Of a DNA stretch of 64,000 nucleotides, positions 38,949-52,025 are shown in pieces. Position 1 is the stretch's first letter. Each line of letters opens with the position of its first letter. Made by a program: the position numbers and the translations under genes. Source of the DNA: Macrostomum lignano (Eukaryota); assembly GCA_002269645.1 (NCBI GenBank), contig NIVC01001183.1:62001-126000 (forward strand), read 5' to 3'. Under the pieces are notes generated by a model. It made no database searches. It had not been told where the DNA came from and saw only the letters and a list, made by a program, of their open reading frames with translations.

Positions 38949-39589
38949 TTTTTTAAAGATTTTTGAATGATTTTTCTAACGCGTTAAGCTGATATCATAA
39001 CTAGTTCGTGCGTTATGAACTTTGGAGTGATCATTTATAGTACCCGTGTATGACATCCGTGTATGACAACCCTGTATGACATCTCTATATGACGTCCCTT
39101 CTTTTTCTTTCATCCCTAGAAAAGTTCGGCACGTTAAACTTGGCAAAATCGCCTGATCATTCTTAGAAAGCTCCAAAGTATCCTAAGTACTTTTTTCGAC
39201 GTGCAAAAGTTTTTTTGAGCTGTATAAAAATTTCCATACATGTACTTAGGCTGGGGAAGAAAATTCGCAATTTAAAATGCAGCCAATGCACTTTAGTGAC
39301 TAGGGTGCAAATGAGGAGCGATTTTTAAAAAATAAATGAAGGGTCTGTCCCGCCCCAGTCCATTCCTCATGTATTATTCACCAGCCACAAGCTGCAGTAC
39401 AGCAATTTATATTAAATTAGTTAAAATGTCACTCTCGCTTGATTTTTCAGATAATGGCGACATTGACTTCTGCTAAAGTACACCTGAGAACCGTGCACCT
39501 GAGGATGCTCAAGCGCATGCTCTTAAGAATTTCCACTGCGGTACTTAATAGGATTGCTATTACACAATGGGCTGGGGTTGATGATGGAG

Positions 39590-39697
<108 letters not shown>

Positions 39698-40674
39698 CTC
39701 TGAGACACATGTACAGTACAGTACAGTAGCTCGTACAGTACAGTGTAAGGTTGGTGGCCACCCTTGCCCAGTGTGCGCACTGCTTTCATTCTCATCTGCC
39801 GCCTGTCAATCCCGATCAATGAATTGCCACCCGTCACTGTACTCTCGCGGGAGTAGGAATTAGTTGAATTGTAATTCGTAGACTTTTAAAGCATTTGCTT
39901 TAAGCTTTAAGCAGACGAACACCTGTAACGTATAGCCTATAGATGTGTTTTGTCATTTAACCGAAGCGGTTGGACATCTCTAATACTCTTTTTTTGTCTT
40001 TGTGTCCGTTTTTAGCACTTTTTTACCTCTTAATCAGGCATTACTCGTGTTAATTAACGATGCAGCAATCCAGTGATGGTAATCCCCTGTGTAACTGCTC
40101 TTTGAAGATTTTCGCGTTGTGTTTTTGCATCAATCTTCAGTCTCCATCAGTTTAGCAACCTGGGACACTGCTTAGCTATGTGTTGTTGCAACTCCTTTTT
40201 GTGTCATTTTCTTTCCGACTTCTTTTGCATTTTTCTGTGTCAACTAGGCCAGGGACCATCTGCGAATATGGAAGTGACACCCCAATTGGCCCAGGCCAGT
40301 TCGTATCCAAAAGCCTTACTGTCTGCACGAAATTCTCAAAATCTCAAAATCGACTGGATTTCGCTGATGTACATCTGATTTCCATAAAAGTGTGTGGGAA
40401 ATTTCGTCCAGACAGTGAGACTTCTCCGCCTATCTTGCCAAGCTGTTTTTTGGTAACAGCTGGTCTGGGCTGGGCCGCCTGAAAGCCACTTCCGTGTCTG
40501 CAGTGGTCCCTGGCAAAGCTAACGAGACTACTTGAGCAGAAAGATTTTATTGTAGCTCCTAAAAACACTGAAGCTTCTGTTTTTTGCGGTATAGAATTCA
40601 GTTATTCTGAACTACCCAAAATGCGAACTGAGTTGGCATTTGGGGTAGGTTTGACGTTTGAGATTTATCTATAA

Positions 40675-42203
40675 CAGAGGCCGGCAAACCTTTCTTTACT
40701 TCAAGGGTCAGATAGAGAATAGATTTATAGAGAAGGGAAAGAGAGAGAATAGAAGGTGAGAGGTGAGACGGGGAGAGAGGAGAGGAAAGGGGAGAGAGGA
40801 GAGAGAGGGAATAGGGGAGAAAGGAGAGGGGAGAGAAGAGAGAGGAGAGAGAGAGAGGGATAGGGGAGAAAGGAGAGGGGAGAGGGGAGAGAGGAGAGGG
40901 AGAGGGGAGAGAGGAGAGGGGAGATAGGAGAGAGGAGAGAGAGAGGGGATAGGGAAGAAAGGAGAGGGGAGAGGGGAGAGAGGAAATGGGAGAGAGGAGA
41001 GGGGAAAAAGGAGAGAGAGGAGAGAGGAGATAGGGGAGAGAGAAGAGGGTAGAGAAGAGAGAGAGGAGAGAGAAGGAAAGAGAGGAGATAGGGGAGAGAG
41101 AAGAGGGGAGAGGAGAGAGAGGGGGGAAAGGAGAGAGAGGAGAGAGAAGGAAAGAGAGGAGATAGGGGAGAGAGAAGAGGGTAGAGAAGAGAGAGAGGAG
41201 AGAGAAGGAAAGAGAGGAGATAGGGGAGAGAGAAGAGGGGAGAGGAGAGAGAGGGGGGAAAGGAGAGAGAGGAGAGAGAAGGAAAGAGAGGAGATAGGGG
41301 AGAGAGAAGAGGGTAGAGAAGAGAGAGAGGAGAGAGAAGGAAAGAGAGGAGATAGGGGAGAGAGAAGAGGGTAGAGAAGAGAGAGAGGAGAGAGAAGGAA
41401 AGAGAGGAGATAGGGAGAGAGAAGAGGGTAGAGAAGAGAGAGAGGAGAGAGAAGGAAAGAGAGGAGATAGGGGAGAGAGAAGAGGGTAGAGAAGAGAGAG
41501 AGGAGAGAGAAGGAAAGAGAGGAGATAGGGGAGAGAAGAGGGTAGAGAAGAGAGAGAGGAGAGAGAAGGAAAGAGAGGAGATAGGGGAGAGAGAAGAGGG
41601 TAGACAAGAGAGAGAGGAGAGAGAAGGAAAGAGAGGAGATAGGGGAGAGAAGAGGGTAGAGAAGAGAGAGAGGAGAGAGAAGGAAAGAGAGGAGATAGGG
41701 GAGAGAGAAGAGGGTAGAGAAGAGAGAGAGGAGAGAGAAGGAAAGAGAGGAGATAGGGGAGAGAGAAGAGGGTAGAGAAGAGAGAGGGGAGAGAGAAGGA
41801 AAGAGAGGAGATAGGGGAGAGAGAAGAGGGTAGAGAAGAGAGAGAGGAGAGAGAAGGAAAGAGAGGAGATAGGGGAGAGAAGAGGGTAGAGAAGAGAGAG
41901 AGGAGAGAGAAGGAAAGAGAGGAGATAGGGGAGAGAGAAGAGGGTAGAGAAGAGAGAGAGGAGAGAGAAGGAAAGAGAGGAGATAGGGGAGAGAGAAGAG
42001 GGTAGAGAAGAGAGAGGGGAGAGAGAAGGAAAGAGAGGAGATAGGGGAGAGAGAAGAGGGTAGAGGAGAGAGAGAGCTGAGAAGAGACAAGCCTTGAGCG
42101 GGCCGGATTGCTATTTATTGTGAAGTTTCAAAGGACTCGAGTGCCGGATAGAGAGGCTTCGCGGGCCGCATGTGGCCCATGGGCCGTAGTTTGCCAACCC
42201 TTG
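40675..42203. mobile_element. hAT-type MITE swollen by an internal purine-rich satellite
   Basis: Left end CAGAGGCCGGCAAACC...AAGGGTCAGATAG; right end GCGGGCCGCATGTGGCCCATGGGCCGTAGTTTGCCAACCCTTG. These resemble the termini of hAT/Charlie-like non-autonomous elements. The 8-bp flanks ATCTATAA / ATTTACAT match at only 5 of 8. Confidence 0.65.
40708..42085. repeat. GA-rich array with a ~56-58-bp higher-order unit
   Basis: GAGAAGAGGGTAGAGAAGAGAGAGAGGAGAGAGAAGGAAAGAGAGGAGATAGGGGA repeated. Confidence 0.95.
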
Positions 42204-42664
42204 ATTTACATGTATAAGTTGGCTCAATTGAATTTTGAAAAAATACCATTAGAGACTAAAAGTGTGTTTTTGCTCACCATTTTTATACAACTTTCTTTGT
42301 AATTTCTGGTTAAATTTTTGTCTTAACCGCGGTCGCCAATAGTCCGGAAATTTTTTATCTCAGAGCAAAAACGGAATCAGCCGCAAAACACAGTTTTGGT
42401 GTTCTTTTAAAGCAGCAAATTTCTTCTTTCTAAAATGCGTAGTCTTGCATATTTTGGTCATTCTATGCGAGATTGAACATTTCTGAAAGCAGAAATTTGT
42501 CGCTTTTAAATGACACAAAATTGTGTCACAAAACTCAAAGTCAACATACTTGTGAAAACTCGAACTACATGTAATAAAACCTCTAAGAATGTGGTAAAAC
42601 CTTCATCATTTAGTAGCAACTGAAACTGGGGGCGTTGCCACCTATTCTCAGTTTTAACTGTTTC

Positions 42665-42790
42665 TGGCGCCCCCCCCCAAGATGGCGCCCCCAAGATGGC
42701 GCCCCCAAGATGGCGCCCCCAAGATGGCGCCCCCTAGATGGCGCCCCCAAGATGGCGCCTCCTAGATGGCGCCCCCTAGATAGCGCCTCT
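42665..42790. repeat. 14-bp tandem repeat (GGCGCCCCCAAGAT) x~8
   Basis: Direct. Confidence 0.93.
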
Positions 42791-43514
42791 AAACTTAACT
42801 TTTTATAACCTCTGCACAAGTAGACTGCGCAAGTCTCTACTGCTCAATGTAATATTGCTGAATATGCATTAATAAATAAAAATTTGCAACGATTTTTAAT
42901 AATCGGCAATCATATTACATATTAATTGTTATGTTTGCATCACGAGAAGGTTATAAATCTTTTAAAATAACAGAGTCGCAAGCATGATAGGAGAAAATGC
43001 AGCTTAATAAGCATAATTTAAGCGCAATGGTAATGACAATAATAGCAGTAATTTGCAATAATTAGGTACTATAATACATGACTCATTGTTTCACGGCGAG
43101 AAGTTGGCTAATGGTGAGAGTAAGTTTGATGCTTAAAATAGAACTATATATATTACAAATTTTGTAAAGCAGATTTACTGTGCTCGGGCGAATCGTTTTA
43201 TTAAAGTACACCGGAAACTTTATGCCGAGAGTATGCATGCATTTATATTAACAAAATGTGAAGTTAGTTGCGACAGTGCGTAGGATAAGCGATACGATTC
43301 TGGGCAAAAAAGTCTTTTTAAACTACTAACACAAGTACTAAGTAGTAAGATGCAGAGCGAGAAATACGAATAAGCCAGAAATTTCGAGTCCTGATGAGAG
43401 CTATAACTTTGGCACTTGAAAAATAAGAGATCGTGAGAGAGAGGGCACTACTGACTGTGAGTAGTTCGCTGCATTATTGGCCTTAGTCCACTCTGATACT
43501 CATTTTACTTCCCC

Positions 43515-44855
43515 GATAATGATCTTGCTTATCTTCACAATCATCCACCACACCCAGATAATCATCTTGCTTATCTATCTTTATAATCATCCACCACGCC
43601 CAGATCAATCATCTTGCTTATCTTCATAATCATCCACCACACCCAGATAATCATCTTGCTCATCTTCATAATCATCCACCACACCCAGATAATCATCTTG
43701 CTCATCTTCATAATCATCCACCTCACCCAGATAATCATCTTGCTCATCTTCATAATCATCCACCTCACCCAGATAATCATCTTGCTTATCTTCATAATCA
43801 TCCACCACACCCAGATAATCATCTTGCTTATCTTCATAATCATCCATACCGTTAGCATTGTGAAGAACTTTTATTTAGTTAACAAATGCACCTTATTTAC
43901 AAGCCGTTCATGGCTGCTGAGCCGCAAATGTCTATGGACATTTCGTACAGTACGAGCTATGCTCACTAACTAAAATAGCCACGAAATATAATGAAAGAGT
44001 AATAAATGTCTGTTGAGATGAGCTAAAGGCTGCTACTCAAAATAATTAAAGGACTGGAAATCATTTCTTAAGAAAACCAACACATATCACAAGATAACCA
44101 TCTTGCTTATCTTCATAATCATCCACCTCACCACCTCACCCAGACAATCATCTTGCTTATCTTCATAATCATCCACCTCACCACCTCACCCAGATAATCA
44201 TCTTGCTTATCTTCATAATCATCCATACCACAAGGAAAACCATCTTGCTTATCTTCATAATCATCCATACCACAAGGAAAACCATCTTGCTTTTCTTCAT
44301 AATCATCCACCTCACCACCTCACCCAGACAATCATCTTGCTTATCTTCATAATCATCCACCTCACCACCTCACCCAGACAATCATCTTGCTTATCTTCAT
44401 AATCATCCACCTCACCACCTCACCCAGATAATCATCTTGCTTATCTTCATAATCATCCATACCACAAGGAAAACCATCTTGCTTATCTTCATAATCATCC
44501 ATACCACAAGGAAAACCATCTTGCTTTTCTTCATAATCATCCATACCACAAAGAAAACCATCTTGTTGCTTATCTTCTTAATCATCCACCACACCCAGAT
44601 AATCATCTTGCTTATCTATCTTCATAATCATCCACCTCACCCAGATAATCATCTTGCTTATCTATCTTCATAATCATCCACCTCACCCAGATAATCATCT
44701 TGCTTATCTATCTTCATAATCATCCACCTCACCCAGATAATCATCTTGCTTATCTATCTTCATAATCATCCACCTCACCCAGTGACCCAGATAATCATCT
44801 TGCTTATCTATCTTCATAATCATCCACCTCACCCATATAATTATCTTGCTTATCA
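43515..44855. repeat. ~42-bp minisatellite in two blocks (43515-43850, 44090-44855)
   Basis: Unit ATCATCTTGCTTATCTTCATAATCATCCACCACACCCAGATA with variants, separated by ~240 bp of unique DNA. Confidence 0.95.
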
Positions 44856-44966
44856 TCGTTTGTCTCACCGATCACGACAATCATCTCCGTTCACAATCAT
44901 CAGCATTTGCCTCAGAAACTCTCGACGGCTCAATGAAGTCGCGCTCTATTCACTGACCAAATCCAG

Positions 44967-45517
44967 TCAGCTGCTCAAGCGTACAGTCTCTTCGCCTAGG
45001 GCTGGCAACAGGGCCCCCCCAGCTGAGTAATAAACGGACACCTGCTCTCCTGGTGACTGTCTCTCTGATGCTGCCGAGCTGGTCTCAGTCGGCCCAAAGT
45101 CCAGAGGCTCGTAGACGCTATCAGCCATGACATATTCGTTTCGGCTCGGCTGGCACTTCCGCACTTCTCTGAGCTGCGCTTCCTCTGGCGGTGCTCGCTG
45201 TCTGCTGCTCTGTCGACTGGCTCCTGCGGTGGGGGAGGGGCTGACTGACTGACTGACTGACTGACTGACTGACTGACTGACTGACTGACTGACTGACTGA
45301 CTGACTGACTGACTGACTGACTGACTGACTGACTGACTGACTGACTGACTGACTGACTGACTGACTGACTGACTGACTGACTGACTGACTGACTGACTGA
45401 CTGACTGACTGACTGACTGACTGACTGACTGACTGACTGACTGACTGACTGACTGACTGACTGACTGACTGACTGACTGACTGACTGACTCATTAACTAG
45501 CTAACTAACTAACTAAT

Positions 45518-45610
<93 letters not shown>

Positions 45611-45611
45611 C

Positions 45612-45660
<49 letters not shown>

Positions 45661-48600
45661 TTAACTAACTAACTAACTAACTAACTAAATAATTAACTAA
45701 TTAACTAACTAACTAACTAACTAATTAACTAACTAGCTAACTAACTAACTAAATAATTAACTAATTAACTAACTAACTAACTAACTAACTAAATAATTAA
45801 CTAATTAACTAACTAACTAACTAACTAATTAACTAACTAGCTAACTAACTAACTAAATAATTAACTAATTAACTAACTAACTAACTAACTAACTAAATAA
45901 TTAACTAATTAACTAACTAACTAACTAACTAATTAACTAACTAGCTAACTAACTAACTAAATAATTAACTAATTAACAAACTAACTAACTAACTACCTAA
46001 CTAACCAACTAACTGACTGACTGACTAAACTAACTGACTGACTGAGTAACTAACTAACTAAAGAACTAAATATAGAACTAACTAACCAAATGAGAGAATG
46101 TTTAAAAGGACATAATTTGTCCTTTCATCAACTACTATTAGTATAGAAACCATTGAATTCTTTCACGTTCTTGTTTGTTAAACACCATCAACAAACTGGT
46201 CGGGTCACTGGATCTGCATGGTTGGGAGGGCGAAACCCTCGCCGAAATCCAGGGTCGGCGATGATTCCATGCTAGAAAAAATCTTTACAATAACGGAGGA
46301 TCGCGGTTGGGAGCAAGACAAGATTGCAACTGACGCAAGAAGCTAACAAAGGACATGGATGTGGAACTCAGCAGATCTAAGCTTAGACTAGATAGATGTA
46401 GTTTCATGCCAGAAATTGTTGCACAGATTCGCCGACAAAGAAGAAAAAGCAAGCAACAACTGTTGCAGAAATTCCTATACTGGAAACCTCTAGGGAGTCG
46501 GCAATTTATCAGTCCCCACCCCAGTATGTTTGTGATCAGTTCGACATGACCAAAAAAGTAGAAACAAACCCGGCCAAGCCGCCGAGAAAGCTTGCATGCT
46601 ATTCATTCTCTGCGTGACAGAACGGGGCGGAGAGATAGCGCAGATACTGAATCCAATATCGCGTCCTGTTTTCGGTGTTGGCCAACTCAACTCTTTTTAA
46701 TGTCTTATCAATGTGTTTGTACAATTGCAGAGAGCAGACAGACAGGGCTTGAGTTCCAATGAAGTGGCATTCAGTTTGACATTGGGTCCAAAGTTTTTCA
46801 TTAAATTGCGTAAAGCTTTCTATATTAAGTCCTGCTCACATTGGGCAGCTTTTGAGTGCGTTAGGTTGTTAATTCACTTTATTATGCATATTGTCACTTA
46901 TTGTGCATGACTACATTCTACTGTAATCTTATTAATAAAACCTCTGAGGCGTGAATTTCAATATTAAAATGCTTTATTTATATTTTACTTGTATAACCCT
47001 TATATACTCCCTCTCTCCCCAGTCTATCACCTCTATCCCCCTCTCTCCCCAGTCTATCACCTCTTTCCCCCTCTCTCCCTTCCCCTGTCTATCCCTTTCT
47101 ATCCCCTTCTCTCCCCAGTCTATCTCCCTCTCTCATCAGTCTACCCCTTTCTATCCCCCTCTCTCCCCAGGTCAATCCCTTTCTATCACCCTCTCTCCCC
47201 CGTCTATCAACTCTCTCCCCAATGTACCCCCTCTCTCCCCAGTCTATCCCCCTCTCTCTCCAGTCTATCACCTCTCTCCCAGTCTACCACCTCTTTCCCC
47301 AGTCTATCCCCCTCTCTCCCCAGTCTATCACCTCTCTCTCCAGTCTACCACCTCTCTCCCCAGTCTATCACCTCTCTCCCCCTCTCTCCCCAGTCTACCA
47401 CCTCTCTCCCCAGTCTATCACCTCTCTCTCCAGTCTACCACCTCTCTCCCCAGTCTATCACCTCTCTCCCCCTCTCTCCCCAGTCTACCACCTCTCTCCC
47501 CAGTCTATCACCTCTCTCTCCAGTCTACCACCTCTCTCCCCAGTCTACCCCCTCTCTCCCCAGTCTATCACCTCTCTCTCCAGTCTACCACCTCTCTCTC
47601 CAGTCTACCACCTCTCTCCCCAGTCTACCACCTCTCTCCCCAGTCTACCACCTCTCTCCCCAGTCTACCACTTCTCCCTCCCCCCTCTGTACCTTAATTT
47701 TTATCTCATTTCCTTAGTCTTGCTTTTTCCACACCCATCCGTCGTTTTCTCCCCCACCTTAAAACATTAAAGTGCATACAAACTGACGTGAACTCACTTC
47801 TGTAGCAGATGAGCAGGCAGAGGCTGAATGGCACCACAATAACGATGGTGCACAACACGGCCAGAATGCAAGCAAGCAGAATTACTGGAACTGAAATTTT
47901 TTAAAGCGAAAATTTCAATGTATTCATCCCGAAATGCCACTGAGTGCTGAGATCACAGCCAAGAGATAATTGAACCCTGTCCACCCTTCGTACGAATAAC
48001 TTTAAAATCCAATTATTTTTGTCAACCGTAGTTGAAGTACACGTATGCAATACATTATAAGGTAACTGAAAGGTCATTGAGTTGGTACTAAGTACCGATG
48101 CTGCCCATTCCGCTGACTCCTGAGCAACATGCAAGCGTGCAAAAACTGTACGACAGGCACGCACTCGCACACGCAGCTCACACGGGGTGTACAGCGGCCC
48201 TGATGGCTTTCGAATCGTCAGGCATGTACAGGCTCTGTCAACTCTAAGGGGTTGGCCCCAATTGAGTGTGATGTGAACTTTAGTGGCACAAGACCCATAT
48301 GAATGTCACTCACAGCTAAACTTGGTGAGAAACGACCGCTCATCAACATCATTGTTGTTCATAGTCTTCTTGTCCGGCTCTATCGGCGGACTCGAGCTCG
48401 GGACCTCGTCAACAACCGCGCTAGTAGAAGCAGTCGTTAAAGTTGGACTGGCCATTGCAGTTTCTGTGCTTGTCTTCAGCGTATTTAGTAGCATTGTTGT
48501 TGTTGTTGTTGTTGCTGTTGTTGTTGTTGCTTTTGTTGTCGTTGTTGTTGCTGTGGAAGTCTCCGGCGTCACAGAAGAGCTGCTACTAGCAGCAGCAGCA

Positions 48601-48989
48601 GCAGCTGACGCAACCTCCAACCGTCGAACCAGACCCATGTACCGACACTCGAAGACGCCGCCGCTGACGTCGCCGAAGAATGAAAATCCCAGGACGAACT
48701 CGCCCCGATCGGGCCAGTCGCGCCGCTCGCAGGTGGACGCGGAGCACAGCGGATCTGCTGAGCACTGCAAAGTTTTCTGGCAGTTCTCGTAGCAGACCTT
48801 GCGGCTGGGCCCACAGTGAAGCCTGATGGGGAGTCTGTCGTCAGGTCCGGCGATGCAGAGAAATCTGAGCAGGCTGTCCGAGTGGTACCTGGCCAACTTT
48901 TGTATGCTCAAATATGGCTCATTGGATCTCACAGCAGCGGCCGATACTATCAGAGCTAGCAGCACCGCTAGCAGGGCTCGAATTGACAT
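44967..48989 (-). CDS. Gene D: type I membrane protein (Cys-rich Ig-like domain, mucin stalk, TM, Tyr-bearing tail), ~341 aa, 3 exons (48989-48314, 47890-47798, 45223-44967)
   Basis: Signal peptide MSIRALLAVLLALIVSAAA; 8-Cys domain ending GGVFECRY..RRLEV; S/T-rich stalk. Two GTGAGT donors (48313, 47797) and acceptors TTTCAG (47891) and CCGCAG (45224) are all phase 1. The 93-nt exon 2 encodes the TM segment FPVILLACILAVLCTIVIVVPFSLCLLICYR. The CDS sums to 1026 nt. Confidence 0.8.
45241..46085. repeat. Compound (CTGA)n-(CTAA)n microsatellite in gene D intron 2
   Basis: Begins 17 nt from the exon 3 acceptor. Confidence 0.98.
47005..47690. repeat. CT-rich ~20-bp minisatellite (CTCTCTCCCCAGTCTATCAC) in gene D intron 2
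   Basis: Direct. Confidence 0.94.
48108..48238 (-). mobile_element. Fragment of dispersed SINE-like family (copy 2 of 3), in gene D intron 1
   Basis: Strong similarity to 58065-58190. Confidence 0.65.
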
Positions 48990-49334
48990 GTTTCTTAGAA
49001 ATTGACTAGCTAAATTCTATCAACTAATCGTTGGGTCTGTCACGATCTTTTTGTCAACTTTTTTGATATTCTCAAAGCATATATATGCGTTTTTTGCCTC
49101 CGTCTCTGCTTCAAAAACCCCCAAAAGCACCCACCCTTCTCCCGGAGCTGCACAACCAATGAAAATCTGCTTGCAGCGGTTAACAATTTAGCCAGGCAAT
49201 TACTTGGTTTGTGCGTGGGGTTTGCTGGATAGAGTGACAGTCTGGGGGAGTGGGGAGTCCCATTTCGGAACCTCCTTGTAGACAAGCAGTGCGACTTGAT
49301 TAGCTCCGCGCGGTTGATGCGGCCTGCCAGTTGG

Positions 49335-50115
49335 AGGCACCGCAGGCACTCATTTTAGCGCCGCAGGCACTCATTTTAGCGCCGCAGGCACTCATTATTT
49401 TGGCTTCTCAGGCACTCATTTTAGCTTCTCAGGCACTCATTTTAGCTTCTCAGGCACTCATTTTGGCACCGCAAGCATTCATTTTAGCTTCTCAGGCACT
49501 CATTTTGGCGCCGCAAGCACTCATTTTAGCTTCTCAGGCACTCATTATTTTGGCTTCTCAGGCACTCATTTTAGCTTCTCAGGCACTCATTTTAGCTTCT
49601 CAGGCACTCATTTTGGCACCGCAAGCATTCATTTTAGCTTCTCAGGCACTCATTTTGGCGCCGCAAGCACTCATTTTAGCTTCTCAGGCACTCATTATTT
49701 TGGCTTCTCAGGCACTCATTTTAGCTTCTCAGGCACTCATTTCAGCTTCTCAGGCACTCATTTTAGCTTCTCAGGTACTCATTTTAGCTTCTCAGGCACT
49801 CATTTTGGCGCCGCAAGCACTCATTTTAGCTTCTCAGGCACTCATTTTAGCTTCTCAGGCACTCATTTTAGCGCCGCACGCCCTCATTTTAGCTTCTCAG
49901 ACACTCATTTTAGCTTCTCAGGCACTCAGTTTAGCTTCTCAGGCACTCATTTTGGCGCCGCAAGCACTCATTTTAGCGCCGCAGGCACTCATTTTAGCTT
50001 CTCAGGCACTCATTATTTTGGCTTCTCAGGCACTCATTATTTTGGCTTCTCAGGCACTCATTTTAGCTTCTCAGGCACTCATTTTAGCTTCTCAGGCACT
50101 CATTTTAGCGCCCTA
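49335..50115. repeat. 21-bp minisatellite (GCACTCATTTTAGCTTCTCAG)
   Basis: About 36 copies; source of the ILASQAL ORF. Confidence 0.97.
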
Positions 50116-50924
50116 AAGCACAGTCCCCTGTGGCAACGGGAGGGGGCAGATTACCACCTTGACCTCCCCTAGTAATCTCAAATGTCACGGAATCCTCGCC
50201 ACTTTGTTCCAGCAGTGCTAAAAAGAGTTCTCTTGTCCAGACTCCTAGCTTCAGGCGTCCTTGACCGGGGCAGTTTTGCCGCTCAATAAAGGGGGGGGGG
50301 CAATCGGGCAGTGGCCATAAATCATAATCGAGGGCTCAATAGGTGTATTGCAAGTCTAACAACTAAACAGAACGGCTAAGCTAAAAGCAGAACCGCACAA
50401 TTTGTGTTGCAAGTTGCTTCTGCAGGTTCCTACATGCAAACATATGCTGGGGTTTGGGATTTGGGACAACACAACATGGCGGCTATAATGTATGTGGCTG
50501 GCTTGAGCAACAGTGTGCTCATGTGGTCTCAGTGACAATATACACTGTAGCTTCCCACCTATAGTGCGATAGTGACTGCTAGATACACGGAAAAATAAAT
50601 GTTCAATAAAATAAAAGAGAATTATGAATGCAGATCTAAAAAGATATTGATAACATGCAGCAGAGTTTTTTTATTTAATTATAGCTCCATGATATATCGC
50701 AGCGGTGCAACTTCTGAGAGATTAGCTAAGTAGGAAATCGCATTGGTTGCATAGTTAATTAATTAGTTGCCAGGTGCATATAGGCAGGTCCTGTGGGCCT
50801 GACAAAGCAGTTATAGCAATGAATAGTAGACAGATGCAAAAATTTGCACTGAAATATACTTGTCTCGTGTGTGTTAGTCAAACTGATCTGGCATCTGAAT
50901 ATCTATTGAGAAACTGTTATTACT

Positions 50925-51560
50925 GAGAATCCTGTCTATAAGAATCCTGTCTATGATAATCCTGTCTATGAGAATCCTGTCTATGAGAATCCTGTCTATG
51001 AGAATCCTGTCTATGAGAATCCTGTCTATGAGAATCCTGTCTATGAGAATCCTGTCTATGAGAATCCTGTCTATGAGAATCCTGCCTATGAGAATCCTGT
51101 CTATGAGAATCCTGTCTATGAGAATCCTGTCTATGAGAATCCTGTCTATGAGAATCCTGTCTATGAGAATCCTGTCTATGAGAATCCTATCTATGAGAAT
51201 CCTGTCTATGAGAATCCTGTATATGAGAATCCTGTCTATGAGAATCCTGTATATGAGAATCCTGTCTTTGAGAATCCTGTCTATGAGAATCTTATCTATG
51301 AGAATCCTGTCTATGAGTATCCTGTCGCTGTCTATGAGAATCCTGTCTATGAGTATGCTGTCTATGAGAACCCTGTGTTTGAGAATCCTGTCTATGAGAA
51401 TCCTGTCTCTGAGAATCCTGTCTATGAGAATCCTGTCTATGAGAATCCTGTCTATGAGAATCCTGTCTATGAGAATCCTGTCTATGAGAATCCTGTCTAT
51501 GAGAATCCTGTCTATGAGAATCCTGTCTATGAGAATCCTGTCTATGAGAATCCTGTCTCT
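50925..51560. repeat. 15-bp minisatellite (ATGAGAATCCTGTCT)
   Basis: About 42 copies. Confidence 0.97.
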
Positions 51561-52025
51561 AAAGCCTTCAGTTCAGAGAAACTCGCAGAAATTGTCCAGT
51601 ACATGTGTTTGAAGAACAAACCGTAATTAATATGACTCATGAGTCAGAATTTGAACATTAGAAATGCTTAAATGCCTTGCATCCCTATTATGGGAAGATT
51701 CTTTATGGGAAGATTCTTATCTATTCCCGCATTTGCTCTGTTTCGGGGCGGGTGGCTACAGAGGCCAACAGGGGTCCTCAATCCGCTCTTTGTGTGCACA
51801 GCGTGCGGCAACACGCAGGAGGCGGAACCAAAAGGCATTAGGGGTTGTGGGTTAATAAATTAAATGCAATGCAATCTCGCTGCTATTGCCTTGCCGCCCA
51901 CGTAAGCAAATACGAGTGCTGGCACTGAAGAAAATATACGAAAAAAATTGATACGAGCTACCGAGTTCGGCCTAAAAATGGCTATTTTCTATCTACAGAT
52001 TTTAATTACGGGAATACAAACTTAG

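Noticed and set aside
45491-46085. (CTAA)n as a telomeric or interstitial telomere repeat
   Set aside because: The unit is TTAG, not TTAGGG or TTAGG, and it sits in an intron next to (CTGA)n.
46355-46549. ORF with LYWKPLGSR resembling a LINE C-terminus
   Set aside because: Only a few residues match; no tail or TSD found.
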